A stretch of DNA of 64,000 nucleotides from Candidatus Micrarchaeota archaeon (GCA_018819225.1 JAHJQN010000001.1:1-64000); one strand, 5' to 3'; numbered from the stretch's first letter, positions 10,114-21,215 are shown. Notes: a model not told the origin generated them from the sequence alone. Translations and numbers: made by a program.

Positions 10114-10678
10114 ATGGAATACGCCCATTGAGCGCAAGAAAGTGCTGGAGCTTCATGCGGGAGACCGCGTATCGATGACGGGCATTATTTACTCGATGCG
10201 GGACCAGGCGATTCGAAGAATTTTACGCGAGAAAACGTTTGAGAAAGCGATTCCTAAACTGGAGGACGCAGCGATTTACAATTGCGGGCCGTTGGCGCGA
10301 AAAAAGAATGGGAATTGGGAGTTAATTTCAGCAGGCCCGACGACGTCCAGTCGCATGAATGCGTTAATGCCGGAATTGATTCGCGAACATCATATTTCGG
10401 CGATTATTGGAAAAGGGGGTATGAGTCAAGAAGTGCTTGATGCAATGAAAGGAAAGGCGGTTTACTTGAGTGCGGTGGGAGGAAGCGGCGCGGTTTCAGC
10501 GCAGCAATTGAAAGTGAACGACGTGCAGTGGATGGAATTGGGTATGCCGGAAGCGCTGTGGACTCTGGAGGCGAAACTATTTGGGCCGTTAATCGTTTCC
10601 ATGGACGCGCACGGGAATAGCTTGTACGAAAACGTTCAGAGAAACGTGGAAGAGAGATTGAAAACGCTTCAACTGTAG
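10088..10678 (+). CDS. Class I fumarate/tartrate hydratase beta subunit
   Basis: RDQA, AGPTTSSRM, IGKGG and GMPEA motifs. Confidence 0.92.
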   Translation: MVSALNSYEWNTPIERKKVLELHAGDRVSMTGIIYSMRDQAIRRILREKTFEKAIPKLEDAAIYNCGPLARKKNGNWELISAGPTTSSRMNALMPELIREHHISAIIGKGGMSQEVLDAMKGKAVYLSAVGGSGAVSAQQLKVNDVQWMELGMPEALWTLEAKLFGPLIVSMDAHGNSLYENVQRNVEERLKTLQL

Positions 10679-13600
10679 CTCGCGTCCTCCCGCTTCTTCT
10701 TTTGGACTAGGCTGGGGCGGGAAGCGCTCAACGCCTTCTCGAAATGCTTGGCGTTAACGCTGGTTGCCTCAAGGTTCTGGCGTAACGCTTCCATGCCGGC
10801 TTCGCGGCATAATGCCTCCAAGTCCGCTCCGGAAAAGTCCGGGGTCATGCGCGCGAGCTTCTTGAGATCCACGCTTTTTTCCATCGGCATGCGCGCGGTA
10901 TGCACTTTCAGAATCGTTTCGCGCGCGGGCTCGTCGGGAACAGGAATCTCCAGAAGCTTATCGAATCGTCCGGGGCGCAACAAACCGGAGTCCACAATGT
11001 CAACGCGGTTCGTGGCCGCAATCACCACGATATCCTTCAAGTTCTGCAAGCCATCCATTTCCGTCAGCAACGCGTTCACCATTCTCTCCGTTACTTTACT
11101 GCCTTCATCGTAACCGCGCATGGGCGCAATCGCATCAATCTCGTCAATGAATATGATGCAGGGGGCCGCCAAACGGGCTTTTCGGAAGACTTCGCGGACG
11201 GCTTTTTCCGAATTATGAACGAACAGGCCGCCAAAACCTGCCAGAAAGCGTTCGGTGCCCGAAACGCCCAGATCGTAAACAAAGGGCTTCGAGTAAGGGA
11301 TTTTATCGATTCGGGCGATAAGATCCCAATGCACGTCGTTTTCGGCCAGTTCGCGATAGGGTTCCAGCGCCTTTGTCCCGTGAGTCGAAAGGAACTCGAG
11401 CAACGCTTTTTTCCCGATGGTTTTTCCTTGGGCCCACACGGCGTGGTCGCTGGCCTCCAAGGCTCGGCGAAGCGTGGAATCCAGAGGAATCTGAGCGCTC
11501 CGACGCCACTTCTTGCCCCGCGTGTATGCGGCGACGATCGCGTTGCGGCGGATGTCGGAAAAACCGATTTCACCGAAGCGTTCAAACTGCGAGACCCCGG
11601 AGAACTGGACTTTGTGCATCATGATGCCGTAGCGCTTGTCAACGCGTTCGTAATGCGTGCCGACAATTCCGAACCTCAACAAGAGCAGCATCAAGTCATT
11701 TGACAGGCCTTCGCTGACCGTGGACGCTTCAATGTAGTGTCGGTGGGCGTTTCCATAGACGGATCCGTCACCGCTGTAGTATCCATTCAGCAACGCGGCA
11801 AGCAACAGCCGGGGCAAGCCGGATGCGAAGGCCGGAACACGCTTTTCGTAAGCGCCGCATTCCAATCCGAATGCCTTCCGGAAGACGAGGGCGGACAGGC
11901 GGGAGGCCACCAGCGAGTACTTGTTCTCGGAATAATGAATTCCAAGCCGCTGGAACGCTTTCGTCAGACGCGCGCGGTTTTCCGGGTTTTGGTTATGGAA
12001 ACGGAGGCAGCCGTTGTTGTAATCGCCTTCTGCCAGCCAGAAGCCTACGAGAAAAGCCCAGTCCTCATTGAACGACAAGGAAGCGGGAAGCGCATCCCCG
12101 CCATTCGTTTTGCGAACAAAACGGGTGCCTGCCTTCGGGAAGAACGCGAGGTTTTTTTCCTCGGCGAGAAGACGGGAGAGATCAAAGACGGGCGTGACAT
12201 CCAATGAAGGGAGCTGTGAAGGAACCGCAACAAAGGACTCCCTGGGAATCAGATTGCGGACCGGAATGCTTTTAATGACGCCTTCGTCCAGCACAAAAAG
12301 CGCGTGGTCGCCTGTGACGCGGATACGCCTGCCCGTGCGGGTGTGAATCTCGTAAAGTTGCGAGGGAGCGGGATGAGCGAGGAAATCCGTGACGGGCGCC
12401 CACTGGCCACGCCCGCGCTCGTCCAAGGTCATTATTTTCATTGCCTGGTGCTGGAGGACGTACTGGTTTCCTGATTCTGCCAAGGCCGCGTCGACTAATT
12501 CCCCGATCTTCATGCGCTGGAGTCGGTCCCCCTGCAAAACGATGACTTCCTCGTCAAAGGCAAGGGATTCTCCAACCCACTTGCTGATGAGTTCGGGACC
12601 TTTCACGGAAATGAAGTTGGCCTCGCTTTCGGTTGCAACGGCCTTGGCTAACAACGTTTTACCGGTTCCCGGCGCGCCAAACAGCAAGATACCGCGAACG
12701 GGCCGGATGCCCATTTTCTCGAACACTTCCGGTCTCTTGAGGGGCAGGTCAACGGCTTCCCGGAGTTCTTGTTTAATGGCCTCGAGCCCTCCAATCTGTT
12801 CCCATTTCACGTTCGGGATTTCCACGAATACTTCGCGTAATGCGGAAGGCTGTACTTCCTTCAACGCATTAGCAAAATCAGTACGTGTTACTCTAAGTTC
12901 GTTAAGAATCTTTTCTGGAATTTCAGAATCTTGCAGGTTAATATCTGGCAAGACTCGACGAAGAGCCCTCATTGCGGCTTCTTTACTTAAACTTTGTAAA
13001 TCTGCACCTACGAATCCGTGAGTAGTATTGCCTATTTCATCCATCATTTTCTCTGCAGATTTATCGAGTACTTCCTTTTCCGCATTTTCAATCTCATACG
13101 AACTCAACAAACCAGTCAATAGTAACTGCTTTAGCATAATTATGATTGAAGTAATATTTTTTTCATGAATATGGATTTTCTCGTCAGATTTATTCGATAT
13201 AGATGATAATATAGTCTTATTTAGCTTCAATTCTTCAATAATTGCTTCGGCAATTTGTAGTTCCGAGTATTTCTCTTCACGAATTTTTTTTATTGATACA
13301 TACTCGATCCTTAAATCGCGTTCAACATTTACAAGACTTAATATTGAATCTAAATTCGAATTAATCGTACCTCCCTTAAATTTAATTAACTTAATTTCGG
13401 ATTCAAGTTTATCAATTTTTTTAGATATTGAAGATAATTGATTCGTTTTCTCGTTAACTAAACCCAAGATAGATTCAAAAGATTCCTTTAATTGACGAAG
13501 ATGAGATAATACATAACTAGATTGAGTATTTTCTCGGTTTCTTTTTTTAGAAGCTTCTAAATCGCGCTCAATGTTTTCTTTTTCTAATAATAATTTCTGT

Positions 13601-14841
13601 AACTCTTGACGGATAGCTTTATCAGACTGGCGAAGTTTTGAAAGTTCATCTTCATGTTTTTCTCGAGCCCGCTCGAGTCTTCCCTCGTTTTTTACTTTTT
13701 TTATTAAATTTAGAAATATATGAGCTGCAACTTCTCCTTCCCAGTGATATTTTGGCATTCCTCGCGTATGGATTTGGAGTATTTCCTTACGGTCTCGTTT
13801 ATCAGGAACGCCGATCTCGATCTCGCGGTCGAAACGACCGGGTCTGCGCAATGCAGGGTCGATGGCATTCGGCCGATTGGTGGCTCCTATGACGACGACT
13901 TGGCCGCGGGACTTCAAGCCGTCCATGATGGTAAGCAGCTGCGATACAATTCGCTTTTCGACTTCTCCAACGACTTCCTCGCGCTTGGGAGCAATCGCAT
14001 CCAATTCATCAATGAAAATAATGGAGGGCGCGTTGTCTTCCGCTTCCTGGAAAATGTTGCGCAGTTTTTCTTCCGCCTCGCCCACGAACTTGCTGACAAT
14101 CTCCGGACCGTTAATGGTAATGAAGTGCGCTTCGCTTTCATTCGCAACAGCACGCGCAAGAAGCGTTTTACCGCACCCCGGCGTTCCGTAAATCAAGACG
14201 CCTTTCGGGGGCTCGATGCCCAAGCGCACGAAGATTTCGGGGTGGCGCATGGGAAGCTCCACCATTTCCCGCACTTTCTGAATTTCGTCTTTCAAACCCC
14301 CGATGTCTTCATAGCTGATGGTCGCGATTTTTCCGAGTTCCTTCACGGGTTCTTCTTTTAGCGTAATTTCAGTGGATTCCGTCACTAAAACAATGCCGGA
14401 AGGAACCGTTTGCGCGACCGCGAAGGGAAACGAGGTGCCGAATACGTTGACGCTGAGCACGTCTCCCTTCGTCAGCGGCTTGCCCATCAAGTTCTTTTTC
14501 ACGAACTCGGAGAACCCGGGAGCGTAACGCGAAGGCTGATTGGGAGCCAACACGAGTTTTTTAGCGTATTTGACTGCTGCTTTCTTGATCTTGACGCGGT
14601 CCCCGAGTCCGACGCCCGTGTTTTGTCGGAGGATGCCGTCCATGCGCACGATATTGGCGCCTTCGTCTTGAGGATGCGCGGGCAGTATGATGGCGCCCGT
14701 GCTCTTCTTGCCCTTGATTTCAATGACGTCGCCGGTGGTGAGGCCCAGCACTTTGCGCGCTTGAGAGTCGACGCGCACGATGCGCTTGCCGTAATCGATC
14801 TGCATGGCTTCCGCGACTTTCAGCTCGATCTCGTCAACCAT
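10669..14841 (-). CDS. cdc48: CDC48/VAT AAA+ ATPase with intein and large insertion
   Basis: N domain plus two AAA modules ([26 protein letters not shown]). Confidence 0.96.
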   Translation of the reverse strand: MVDEIELKVAEAMQIDYGKRIVRVDSQARKVLGLTTGDVIEIKGKKSTGAIILPAHPQDEGANIVRMDGILRQNTGVGLGDRVKIKKAAVKYAKKLVLAPNQPSRYAPGFSEFVKKNLMGKPLTKGDVLSVNVFGTSFPFAVAQTVPSGIVLVTESTEITLKEEPVKELGKIATISYEDIGGLKDEIQKVREMVELPMRHPEIFVRLGIEPPKGVLIYGTPGCGKTLLARAVANESEAHFITINGPEIVSKFVGEAEEKLRNIFQEAEDNAPSIIFIDELDAIAPKREEVVGEVEKRIVSQLLTIMDGLKSRGQVVVIGATNRPNAIDPALRRPGRFDREIEIGVPDKRDRKEILQIHTRGMPKYHWEGEVAAHIFLNLIKKVKNEGRLERAREKHEDELSKLRQSDKAIRQELQKLLLEKENIERDLEASKKRNRENTQSSYVLSHLRQLKESFESILGLVNEKTNQLSSISKKIDKLESEIKLIKFKGGTINSNLDSILSLVNVERDLRIEYVSIKKIREEKYSELQIAEAIIEELKLNKTILSSISNKSDEKIHIHEKNITSIIIMLKQLLLTGLLSSYEIENAEKEVLDKSAEKMMDEIGNTTHGFVGADLQSLSKEAAMRALRRVLPDINLQDSEIPEKILNELRVTRTDFANALKEVQPSALREVFVEIPNVKWEQIGGLEAIKQELREAVDLPLKRPEVFEKMGIRPVRGILLFGAPGTGKTLLAKAVATESEANFISVKGPELISKWVGESLAFDEEVIVLQGDRLQRMKIGELVDAALAESGNQYVLQHQAMKIMTLDERGRGQWAPVTDFLAHPAPSQLYEIHTRTGRRIRVTGDHALFVLDEGVIKSIPVRNLIPRESFVAVPSQLPSLDVTPVFDLSRLLAEEKNLAFFPKAGTRFVRKTNGGDALPASLSFNEDWAFLVGFWLAEGDYNNGCLRFHNQNPENRARLTKAFQRLGIHYSENKYSLVASRLSALVFRKAFGLECGAYEKRVPAFASGLPRLLLAALLNGYYSGDGSVYGNAHRHYIEASTVSEGLSNDLMLLLLRFGIVGTHYERVDKRYGIMMHKVQFSGVSQFERFGEIGFSDIRRNAIVAAYTRGKKWRRSAQIPLDSTLRRALEASDHAVWAQGKTIGKKALLEFLSTHGTKALEPYRELAENDVHWDLIARIDKIPYSKPFVYDLGVSGTERFLAGFGGLFVHNSEKAVREVFRKARLAAPCIIFIDEIDAIAPMRGYDEGSKVTERMVNALLTEMDGLQNLKDIVVIAATNRVDIVDSGLLRPGRFDKLLEIPVPDEPARETILKVHTARMPMEKSVDLKKLARMTPDFSGADLEALCREAGMEALRQNLEATSVNAKHFEKALSASRPSLVQKKKREDASYS
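11212..12567 (-). mobile_element. Intein (452 aa) with LAGLIDADG homing endonuclease in CDC48 D2
   Basis: KWVGE|SLAFDEEV...VTGDH...FVHN|SEK; LAGLIDADG-like [10 protein letters not shown] and [10 protein letters not shown]. Confidence 0.95.
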
Positions 14842-14929
14842 AAATGTTCAACCCAAAAAGAGTGGAAAGGCTTTTTCGCTACTCCTTGCCATATTGAATA
14901 GGATTCTTTATTTAAAGCCTCGGTTTGAT

Positions 14930-15997
14930 TTACAGCTCCCGCTCGATAAGGTACCACGCGAACTCCTTCAACGCCTCTTTCGCATCGCTTTTCTTGAGCA
15001 CGCGCGAGAAGCGCTTCCACGCGTTTCTAACGAGACGGTGGGAAAACGCCTTCGCGTATTCCATCGAACGCGTGCGTTCCATGATGGCAATGGCTTCGCG
15101 CACGCGTTCTTGGTCCTTCGTGCGCGCGTTGAGAATGAACAGCAAGCGTTTGCGGTCTTTCGAGGAAGCGTGCTTGAGCGCGTGGATCACGATGAGCGTG
15201 CGCTTGCCTTCCGAGATGTCGCCGCCGATCTCCTTGCCGTATTTCGATTGTTGGGCGGACAAGTTGAGTAGGTCATCCTGGATTTGGAACGCGATGCCGA
15301 TGGATTCCGCGAACGCACCCGCCAGCTCGATCTCGTTATCGGTGGCGCCGGCAAACAAGGCGCCGAGCTTCGCGCTCATGCGCGCCAGCGTACCGGTCTT
15401 GAACGCGCACATCTGCAAATATTCGTTTTCGGTGACGAGGGAAGCGTGGCCGCGGTGCCACCAAATGTCGAACCCTTGCCCGTAAGAAATGTTGATCATT
15501 TCCTGCGCGTAAATCTCATACGCTTTCAGCATGCGGTCTTTGGGAAATCGGTTCTTCATGCGCTTGAATACGAGGAGGGGAAGGAAATACATGGCCGTGC
15601 CCGCGTTGACCGCGACGTCGACGCCGTACATGCGATGGATGCAGGGCTTTCCTCTTCGTAGATCGGAATCGTCTTCCACGTCATCCACCATCAGCGTACC
15701 GTTGTGAGCGACCTCGGGAACGACCGTTAAATCGTAGAGTTTCGAAGGCTTGGAGCCAAACGCTTCAGCCACGAGGAGGAAGAGGGTGGGGCGCCAGCGC
15801 TTGCCACCGCGGGATAACAACTCCCAGATGGGATCGTGAACGGAACGGTCGGCCGTTTCAACGGCGTACGCATAACGCGGCTTGCCGCAGGCCGCGATCA
15901 TGCTCTTCTTGGAAGCGTGTTTGGGAACGTATTTTTCAATAGCGCGGTCGACGTAGCGGCGGTTACGTTTAAGGATCCGTTCGATGCGCAAACCCAA
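14930..15997 (-). CDS. idsA: Polyprenyl diphosphate (GGPP-type) synthase
   Basis: GGKRWRP, DDVEDDSDLRRG and FQIQDD motifs. Confidence 0.92.
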   Translation of the reverse strand: MGLRIERILKRNRRYVDRAIEKYVPKHASKKSMIAACGKPRYAYAVETADRSVHDPIWELLSRGGKRWRPTLFLLVAEAFGSKPSKLYDLTVVPEVAHNGTLMVDDVEDDSDLRRGKPCIHRMYGVDVAVNAGTAMYFLPLLVFKRMKNRFPKDRMLKAYEIYAQEMINISYGQGFDIWWHRGHASLVTENEYLQMCAFKTGTLARMSAKLGALFAGATDNEIELAGAFAESIGIAFQIQDDLLNLSAQQSKYGKEIGGDISEGKRTLIVIHALKHASSKDRKRLLFILNARTKDQERVREAIAIMERTRSMEYAKAFSHRLVRNAWKRFSRVLKKSDAKEALKEFAWYLIEREL

Positions 15998-16059
15998 AAT
16001 TCCCCTCGAAAACTAGGAGTCCGAAGCTCTTAATAAGCTAAAGGGAGGTAGGTTTATAT

Positions 16060-16773
16060 ATGGTGTTTGACGAGCTGCTCGGTAAAAAGAGCAAGTCGCC
16101 GGAATCCCAGAAAACGATCGAGTCTTCAGCAGATACCTCCAGCAAAGAAATCGATTCGTTGAAGCTCAAAATCCGATTTTTCCGCCGAATTATCGATCGG
16201 TATGCGACACTCGTTAATGAAAACGAGGAGAAAACGATTCCCGAGCTGAAGACATTGGTGCAGCCGGAAAACGAGGCCGTGCTGGAACTCAAGGAACGCA
16301 TTCTCGCGGAAGTCGCGGAGGATAAAAAGAAATCCGGAACCGCCGGAGAATCGCCGGCATACGTATACGAACACGATTTTTTGTTTGCGGCGGATAAAGC
16401 GTTCACCAACGTTAGAAACATGAAGAACATTCATTCGGATTTGGCGGTACTGTTTTGGTTGACTCCGCGAGAATCGTTGGACTTGAACGCCGGCGACTTA
16501 TTCGATAAAGCCGTCTTGTTGTGCAGTGTATTGAAGGCGTTGGGTGCCAACCCGCATGTGCGCGTATTGGAGCTGGAAAAAAACCGCATTCACCCCGTGG
16601 TCGCATTTGCGTTCGAGGACCGCGAATATATATTGGATGCGTCGCAGGAAGATGCAACGCTTACGAAATATTGTGGAAAACTGGAAGAGGTATTGAAGAC
16701 GTTCTCGTTCGACGATAGCCGGTTCTTGAAAAGCGCGTACGAGTTCAATGATGCGGAATACCAGAACTTTTAA
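16060..16773 (+). CDS. Hypothetical protein, transglutaminase-like fold lacking the usual Cys
   Basis: WLTP.E.L...AGDLFDKAVLLCS resembles the GDC(E)D motif; later H and LD. Confidence 0.55.
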   Translation: MVFDELLGKKSKSPESQKTIESSADTSSKEIDSLKLKIRFFRRIIDRYATLVNENEEKTIPELKTLVQPENEAVLELKERILAEVAEDKKKSGTAGESPAYVYEHDFLFAADKAFTNVRNMKNIHSDLAVLFWLTPRESLDLNAGDLFDKAVLLCSVLKALGANPHVRVLELEKNRIHPVVAFAFEDREYILDASQEDATLTKYCGKLEEVLKTFSFDDSRFLKSAYEFNDAEYQNF

Positions 16774-18047
16774 TCGTATTCTTTCAAGCGTTTTTGTCCG
16801 CGGGTTTTCTCGAGCTGAAGCGATTCCGAGAGCTCTAATACGCCGTATAACCCGTCGTAGCCCGCCTTGACTTTAAGAGAACCGTTTCGGTTCGCCAGGA
16901 TGGCTTGCGCGAGCTGCGCATGCGTTTCCTTTTTCAGATCGGCTTCAGGAACTTCCAGCAGCACGCGGAGTTCGTTGCTGAAAACGCGAATCAGGCGTTC
17001 GGTTTCCTCGAAAACGCGTGGGGACGGGAGCGCGGAACGGAAGCAGCTGGACACGAGTTCCTGCAACGGTAAAAGCGTTTTGAAGGGAATCGCTTTCGGC
17101 GGAACAAAGCCGGGTTCGCGATCCGCCAAGGCTTCCACGCGATGCCAAACGCCTATGACCAGCGAGCGCCCGCATTTCGGGCATTTATCGTTTAATTTCG
17201 CGGATTCTTGAGGCGTACTCGAAAAAGAGCAGTTGCGGTGTCCGTCGTAATGGTATTTCCCGTAATGGGGATCCGTTTCCACCGTGTATTTGAAATGGTT
17301 AGCATCCTTTGAATAGATGGCGCGGAAGACGTTGCGGTACGTCGATTGGTTTTCAGGGAATTCGAAGGCGTTGCATTCGCGGCCGATGCGGTAGGGATAC
17401 GGGGAATGCGAGTCGGAATTGCTGATTTGCGCGTAGGCGTCGAGAGAGGAGACGCGCCAGTTCATGGCGGGATCGCTACTCATTCCGGTTTCAAACGCGC
17501 GAATGTGCGAGGCTTGATCCCCATAACCTTCCGCAATGGAATCGTAACCCGAGTTGCTTCCGAGAATGGAGAACCAGGGCGTCCAGGCGTGCGCGGGAAT
17601 GATTTCCATCTCCGGACTGATTTCCTTGCAGATTTCGACGAGTTCCGCACCCGTGGTTTTTCCGAATACGGGTCTTCCGTCGGCCAAGAGGTTCCCTTTT
17701 TTCTCCAAGCGGTCATTGAGCTGCTGAACGATTTCAAGGGAAGGCGAGTAAACGAGGTGATGGACCTTCTTCACGTTTCCACGATCGGAAAAAATGGTGC
17801 TCACCTCGGTTTGGAGAATGAAGCGAACGGGTGCGGGGCTGCCTTTGAGTCGGAAGAACCCATTGCCTTCGGATTCCAATTTCTTTCGGAGTTCGGAAAA
17901 CCAGAGCGGATGCGTGAAATCCGACGTGCCCAGCAGGCCAAGGCCTTTTTTCACGGCTCCTTCCGCTAAATGCTCCAAATCCATGCGCGGACTGACGGCT
18001 CGCGAGTATTTCGAATGCAAGTGCAAGTCCGCATAGAAAAGCGTCAT
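16770..18047 (-). CDS. Endonuclease Q family (PHP domain plus Zn finger)
   Basis: DLHLHSKYS, PAHAWTPW, NSDSHS, GKYH, CPKCG and GYDGLYG motifs. Confidence 0.9.
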   Translation of the reverse strand: MTLFYADLHLHSKYSRAVSPRMDLEHLAEGAVKKGLGLLGTSDFTHPLWFSELRKKLESEGNGFFRLKGSPAPVRFILQTEVSTIFSDRGNVKKVHHLVYSPSLEIVQQLNDRLEKKGNLLADGRPVFGKTTGAELVEICKEISPEMEIIPAHAWTPWFSILGSNSGYDSIAEGYGDQASHIRAFETGMSSDPAMNWRVSSLDAYAQISNSDSHSPYPYRIGRECNAFEFPENQSTYRNVFRAIYSKDANHFKYTVETDPHYGKYHYDGHRNCSFSSTPQESAKLNDKCPKCGRSLVIGVWHRVEALADREPGFVPPKAIPFKTLLPLQELVSSCFRSALPSPRVFEETERLIRVFSNELRVLLEVPEADLKKETHAQLAQAILANRNGSLKVKAGYDGLYGVLELSESLQLEKTRGQKRLKEYD

Positions 18048-18100
18048 CAGTTAGAGTGGGAAGCCAAATATTTTAAGCGAGACGGAAGCGGGAAGGGGAG

Positions 18101-18478
18101 CTAGTTATACGTGTAACAGTAATCAAAGTAGGCGGCACGATAACAGTTAATAGCGTAATCGGGATCGGAATCCGGGCGGAAAATCTGAGACCAGCGATAG
18201 AGCATGAGATCCTTGAGCGCTTGACGATCATTGACCGTATAGTCAAAGGAAAGTTGGGGCGTGATATTGACTTGTCGAAGCGTTTCATCCACGGAATACC
18301 CCAGAATATAGCAGTCGAACTCCGAATGTTTCGCGGCGAATTCCTGGCAAGCCAAGCGCGCGCCCGACAGACCCAAATTGATTTCCGAATCCTTGAAGGA
18401 TTGAAGAACGGAAGCGGAAACGAGGACAAACACCAGGGCGACCAGAAAAATGTATTCTGCGCCGATCTGCGCTCTCAT
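18101..18478 (-). CDS. Pilin-like protein with class III signal peptide
   Basis: MRA|QIGAEY followed by a hydrophobic helix. Confidence 0.75.
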   Translation of the reverse strand: MRAQIGAEYIFLVALVFVLVSASVLQSFKDSEINLGLSGARLACQEFAAKHSEFDCYILGYSVDETLRQVNITPQLSFDYTVNDRQALKDLMLYRWSQIFRPDSDPDYAINCYRAAYFDYCYTYN

Positions 18479-18481
18479 AAT

Positions 18482-18982
18482 TCAAACCCGTGTACAGTTA
18501 TAGACGATGACGCTGTTTTGGTTCTGCGTGCGAATGCGTAGCCAACCGTTATCCGCGCACTGATTACCGAGAACGGAAGTCATGGGGAATGGAACCGCGT
18601 CGCTGTACACGAGTCCGGTGAGTCCGGACGTCAAGCAGTAAAGGCGGCCGTTAGAGGCATTGTAGTTGAAGCACGTCGTGTTCGCGGGAATAAAGGTAAT
18701 GTGCGTGATCACGGAATTGTTGCCGGAATAGTAAACGTAGCGAGCGTTTGAAATCATGAGATCCATCGCATTACGGCCTGCAACCACGTTGCTTAACGCG
18801 GCGGTTTCCTGGATTTGTATGTCGCTGTTGCTGATGAGCACGCTGGCCGCCAATAAGATGAAGCCGGCGATCAGGAAGAATTCGATGCTCATCTGGCCGC
18901 GCGCAGGACGATGAACGCCTGGATCGACCGTCAGGGAAAAAGGTTGGTTCATCGGAGCCCCAAATGCCATAAAATATCCCAC
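18482..18982 (-). CDS. Pilin-like protein with class III signal peptide
   Basis: RG|QMSIEF followed by a hydrophobic helix; start uncertain. Confidence 0.75.
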   Translation of the reverse strand: MGYFMAFGAPMNQPFSLTVDPGVHRPARGQMSIEFFLIAGFILLAASVLISNSDIQIQETAALSNVVAGRNAMDLMISNARYVYYSGNNSVITHITFIPANTTCFNYNASNGRLYCLTSGLTGLVYSDAVPFPMTSVLGNQCADNGWLRIRTQNQNSVIVYNCTRV

Positions 18983-20019
18983 GAGGTGGCGGCGAGGAAC
19001 CCCACGGAAAGCAAGGGGGCAAAAGGCATGCTCTCGCGCACCACGAGGTGTTTAAGTCCCGCCCTTTTTAAGGCTTTTATCTCTCGAGGAGTCACCCCGC
19101 GAGCCTTCAACGCGCTGACAATGACGCGACCCTGCAATGGCGTGCCCAGAAGAATTTTGACTACCTGCGAAATCGAATGCCCTTTTTGGAATAACGAAGT
19201 CGCAATGGGAATACGGGAACGGAATTGCAACGGTTCAAAGCGGTACACGCGTTTGCCTTTTTGCACCACGGTTTCGGAAGGAATCATGCCTTCCTTCACG
19301 TGTTTTATCGGTACAGTAACGCGCAACACGTGCGTGGAAAGCAAGGAAAACGTACGCGTAAAGAAACTGGCCGCGAACGCGATCGCGAAAAGAAAGAGAT
19401 ACAATTCAAGTTCCAACCCGTACATGAACCAGAAAATGACGAATAAAACGATGGAAGGGGCCAACGGAATGTCGAGGAAATACAACAAGAGGACGACGAG
19501 GATGAGGAGGAGGGGGGAATCCGGGAAGAAGAAGAAAACAAAGGAAAGAACGATGAGCACCACGTACGAGAAAATGGATGCGTTCAAGGAGGAGAAAAGA
19601 CTTTGTTTTAGCAATTCCTGCAGGTGCGACGCATAAGGAGCGATGCGCGGCATATAGATGAGCAGCATGACCGGGACGAGCAATAACACGGAGAATAGGA
19701 AGATGGAGAAGAAGGAATAGAACGAGAACAAGGGATTGAGCAAGGGATAGAACGCCGCAAGCGCCGTGAAGAATTTGACGTCTCCGCCGGCCCAGGCTCC
19801 CACGCGATAAAGGAGGAAAGAGAAAAGGAATGCGAGGGAAATAAAGGGAAGAAAACGCGCGAGTAGAAAAGAAGCCTCTGGAACGTAGAGCACGTTGAGC
19901 ACCACGGCCAGGCCGAACGCGCCGAAATTAAGGGAGTCGGCAATTTCCCGTTTTTTGATGTCGGAGAAACTGGCTATTAGGGAGAATGAGACGGCCAGAA
20001 TGAGGGGTAATAAATCCAT
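18949..20019 (-). CDS. A24 prepilin peptidase (EppA/PibD-like)
   Basis: SDIKKREI, WAGGDVK (GxGD) and C-terminal MPFAP. Confidence 0.88.
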   Translation of the reverse strand: MDLLPLILAVSFSLIASFSDIKKREIADSLNFGAFGLAVVLNVLYVPEASFLLARFLPFISLAFLFSFLLYRVGAWAGGDVKFFTALAAFYPLLNPLFSFYSFFSIFLFSVLLLVPVMLLIYMPRIAPYASHLQELLKQSLFSSLNASIFSYVVLIVLSFVFFFFPDSPLLLILVVLLLYFLDIPLAPSIVLFVIFWFMYGLELELYLFLFAIAFAASFFTRTFSLLSTHVLRVTVPIKHVKEGMIPSETVVQKGKRVYRFEPLQFRSRIPIATSLFQKGHSISQVVKILLGTPLQGRVIVSALKARGVTPREIKALKRAGLKHLVVRESMPFAPLLSVGFLAATSWDILWHLGLR

Positions 20020-20031
20020 GCGCCGGACGCC

Positions 20032-20226
20032 TTACGAGACGAACATGGCAATGACTTTATTGCGGTCCGCGGAAATGCGAGCGGATACCACATCCGAAAT
20101 GGTCTTGATCTGAGTGGCTACGGCAATACCCGCGAGAACGACCACGAGCCCCAACGCAATCAATAGAATGTACTCCGTAGAGGTCTGCGCCTTCTGGTCC
20201 ATACGCAAACGAAGAACGCGCTCCAT
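20032..20226 (-). CDS. Small pilin (class III signal peptide, DUF361-type)
   Basis: KA|QTSTEYILLIA. Confidence 0.82.
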   Translation of the reverse strand: MERVLRLRMDQKAQTSTEYILLIALGLVVVLAGIAVATQIKTISDVVSARISADRNKVIAMFVS

Positions 20227-20277
20227 TTAAAGCTTGCGATGAATTTCGAGAATTCAGTACGTATATAAAGTGTTGAA

Positions 20278-20985
20278 ATGAAACGAATGCAAATGAAGCC
20301 CCGTTTAACGAAATATAGGCGTTGGTTCGATCGAAAAGACGTGGAAGCCGGAATTGCGATCACGTTATTTATCGCATTGCTGTACGTGTTTTCCGCGTTC
20401 GCGGACCCTCGGACCCTGAAAGCATTTGTTTTGGACATGGGTATCGGAGGACCGATGGCGATCATCCTCATTCAAGTCGCCTTCTCGATTCTGGCGCCCT
20501 TGCCGAACAGCATTCCCGTGCTCGTTGCGGGATCGTTGTATGGAACCGTGCCCGGTGCATTATATGCGGGCATCGGATCGGTTCTTGGAGCCGTAATTTG
20601 TTTCTGGCTGGCAAGGCGTTTCGGAAGGAAAGCGGTGGTGCGATTTGTGTCCGAAAAAAATCTGATGCGAGCCGATAATTTTTTTGAACACCACGGATTC
20701 GCAGCCATTTTTTTCGCGCGGTTGATTCCATTCTTTTCGTTTGATGCCGTGAGTTACGGATCCGGACTGACGGACATCGATTTCTGGAAATTCATTGCCG
20801 CTACGACACTCGGAATGATTCCCGGAACGTTGCTGTACGCGTTCATCGGCAATCAATTGACGTTTGAGATGCTCGTCCTGTTCATGGCCGCATTGGTATT
20901 GGCGTCCGGACTCGTATTGTACATTCAGGTGCGTAATCAAGGAAAGCATCCGGCCCTCGGGAGTGACCAACGGAAACCGCGCTGA
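20278..20985 (+). CDS. TVP38/TMEM64 (DedA/VTT) membrane protein
   Basis: ARLIPFFSFDAVSYGSG motif. Confidence 0.88.
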   Translation: MKRMQMKPRLTKYRRWFDRKDVEAGIAITLFIALLYVFSAFADPRTLKAFVLDMGIGGPMAIILIQVAFSILAPLPNSIPVLVAGSLYGTVPGALYAGIGSVLGAVICFWLARRFGRKAVVRFVSEKNLMRADNFFEHHGFAAIFFARLIPFFSFDAVSYGSGLTDIDFWKFIAATTLGMIPGTLLYAFIGNQLTFEMLVLFMAALVLASGLVLYIQVRNQGKHPALGSDQRKPR

Positions 20986-21035
20986 GAAAAAGCTTTATAA
21001 TATTTTGCCTCGAAATCCCACTCGTAAGAGGGAAC

Positions 21036-21215
21036 ATGATGGAATACACCTGCTCGCACTGCGGACGAATTTCCGACGAATTGGAAATGTGTTGCGGGTC
21101 GCGCATGACCGAAAAAAAACAGCCAGCCCCCCGAAAGGAATTCATGTGCCTAACCTGCGGGCGCACTTCCGAAGTGGAAATGAGTTGCTGCGGACGCATG
21201 ATGGATAAAAAATAA
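21036..21215 (+). CDS. 59-aa tandem CxxCG-x7-CCG metal-binding protein (desulforedoxin-like), absent from the ORF track
   Basis: MMEYTCSHCGRISDELEMCCGSRM...FMCLTCGRTSEVEMSCCGRMMDKK; GAGGG SD and TTTATAA upstream. Confidence 0.8.
   Translation: MMEYTCSHCGRISDELEMCCGSRMTEKKQPAPRKEFMCLTCGRTSEVEMSCCGRMMDKK

Noticed and set aside
13048-13752. CDC48 insertion as a second intein or an intron
   Set aside because: No C/S start, no HN end, no endonuclease motifs, and the frame is open with coiled-coil character.
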